Both the position numbers and the translations under genes were made by a program. Below are positions 63,141 through 64,000 of a stretch of 64,000 bases of DNA, piece by piece (position 1 is the first letter of the stretch; each line of letters begins with the position of its first letter). Below the pieces are notes generated by a model. That model saw only the letters and a list, made by a program, of their open reading frames with translations. It did not search any database and was not told the origin of the DNA. Location: positions 160,001 through 224,000 of the forward strand of contig CAVVMW010000007.1 in assembly GCA_963749495.1 (NCBI GenBank), read 5' to 3'. This stretch comes from an uncultured bacterium. Lineage in GTDB: Bacteria > Verrucomicrobiota > Verrucomicrobiia > Limisphaerales > UBA8199.

Positions 63141-64000
63141 GGACGAGGCAACTTTTCGCCGCACGGTGCTGCCCAAGGTTCAAGGCGCGCGCAACGTGCT
63201 GGCGGCAGTGGACACGGAACGCTTGCGACTGTTCGTCACGTTCGGTTCGATTATTGCGCGGGCCTGCTCGGGGGAAGCCGACTACGCCACGGCCAACGAG
63301 TGGCTGGCAGCGTTGACCCAGGAGTTTCAAACCCAGCATCCGCGATGTCGCTGCCTCGCTCTGGAGTGGTCGCTCTGGTCCGGGGTCGGCATGGGCGAAC
63401 GACTGGGCCGGGTAGGGTCGCTGGTTCAACAGGGCATCACGCCCATTACGCCCGACGAAGGCGTGCGGACCCTGTGCGAGTTGCTCCGTCAGCCGATGCC
63501 CGCCGTGGCTTTGGTCGTCACCGGACGATTCGGCGAGCCGCCGACGCTCAAGCTGGCCGGAGCCGAGCTGCCCTTGCAGCGGTTCCTGGAACGGAAGCGA
63601 GTGCATTATCCGGGCGTGGAGCTGGTCGTGGATGCCGAGTTGTCCGTGCGCACCGATCCGTATCTGGAGGACCACATCGTCCAGAAGCAACGGATCTTTC
63701 CGGCGGTGCTTGGTTTGGAAGCCATGGCCCAGGCGGCGATGGCCCTCGCCGGCGCCGCGGACGCGCCGGTTTTTGAAAAGGTGGAATTCCTGCGGCCGGT
63801 AGCTTTATCAGACAAGACGCCACTGACCATCCGGCTGGCAGCACTGCAACGCAAAGCCGGTTGGGTGGAAGTGTGTCTGCGTTCCGAGGAAACGGATTTT
63901 CAAGCCGATCATTTCCGGGCCGTCTGCCGGTTCGGCACGGTTGACGGAGCCGATGCGCCGCGGCTGGCGCTTTCGCCTTTTGAGTCCGCAGGCCTGCCAC
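63133..64000 (+). pseudogene. iterative type I PKS fragment (KR C-terminus + DH), enediyne PksE-like; 5' part absent, runs off the window
   Basis: Frame from 63133: PKVQGARNVL..LRLFVTFGSIIARA..GEADYATANEWL..CRCLALEWSLWSGVGMGERLG..HYPGVELVVDAELS..DPYLEDH..FPAVLGLEAMAQ. Confidence 0.8.

Overview
GC-rich bacterial chromosome segment. The gene content and protein style suggest Verrucomicrobiota (Pedosphaera/Limisphaera-like), which is an inference. The backbone carries proC, tyrA, an HtrA/DegQ protease, an Rrf2 regulator, an ECF sigma/anti-sigma pair, rpsO-pnp, mqnD, ltaE, pfkA, a KdgK-like kinase, recD2, uvrA and tRNA-His. Accessory DNA includes: a ~25-33 kb island (truncated tyrosine recombinase, secreted ankyrin/OB-like protein and lipoproteins); an IS1-like transposase with P63C and small cargo genes; an ISKra4-type IS with a 9-bp TSD inside a flavin reductase gene; and a decayed region after tRNA-His with an enediyne-PKS-like (PksE) KR-DH fragment. 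The most notable observations are: (1) an unannotated overlapping two-gene module present as two diverged copies (3.55-4.25 kb and 39.7-40.4 kb); (2) PNPase with a ~300-aa G/R/E/D repetitive disordered tail; (3) many 7/9/12/14-nt tandem arrays, often paired in inverted orientation, some bracketing gene cassettes and one set inserted in-frame in uvrA; (4) a small membrane protein with a ParB-like LGRGL N-terminal peptide; (5) clustered Asp->Asn changes at conserved motifs and many 1-nt frameshifts, which may be assembly artefacts. All family calls come from motif recognition by eye; no searches were run.
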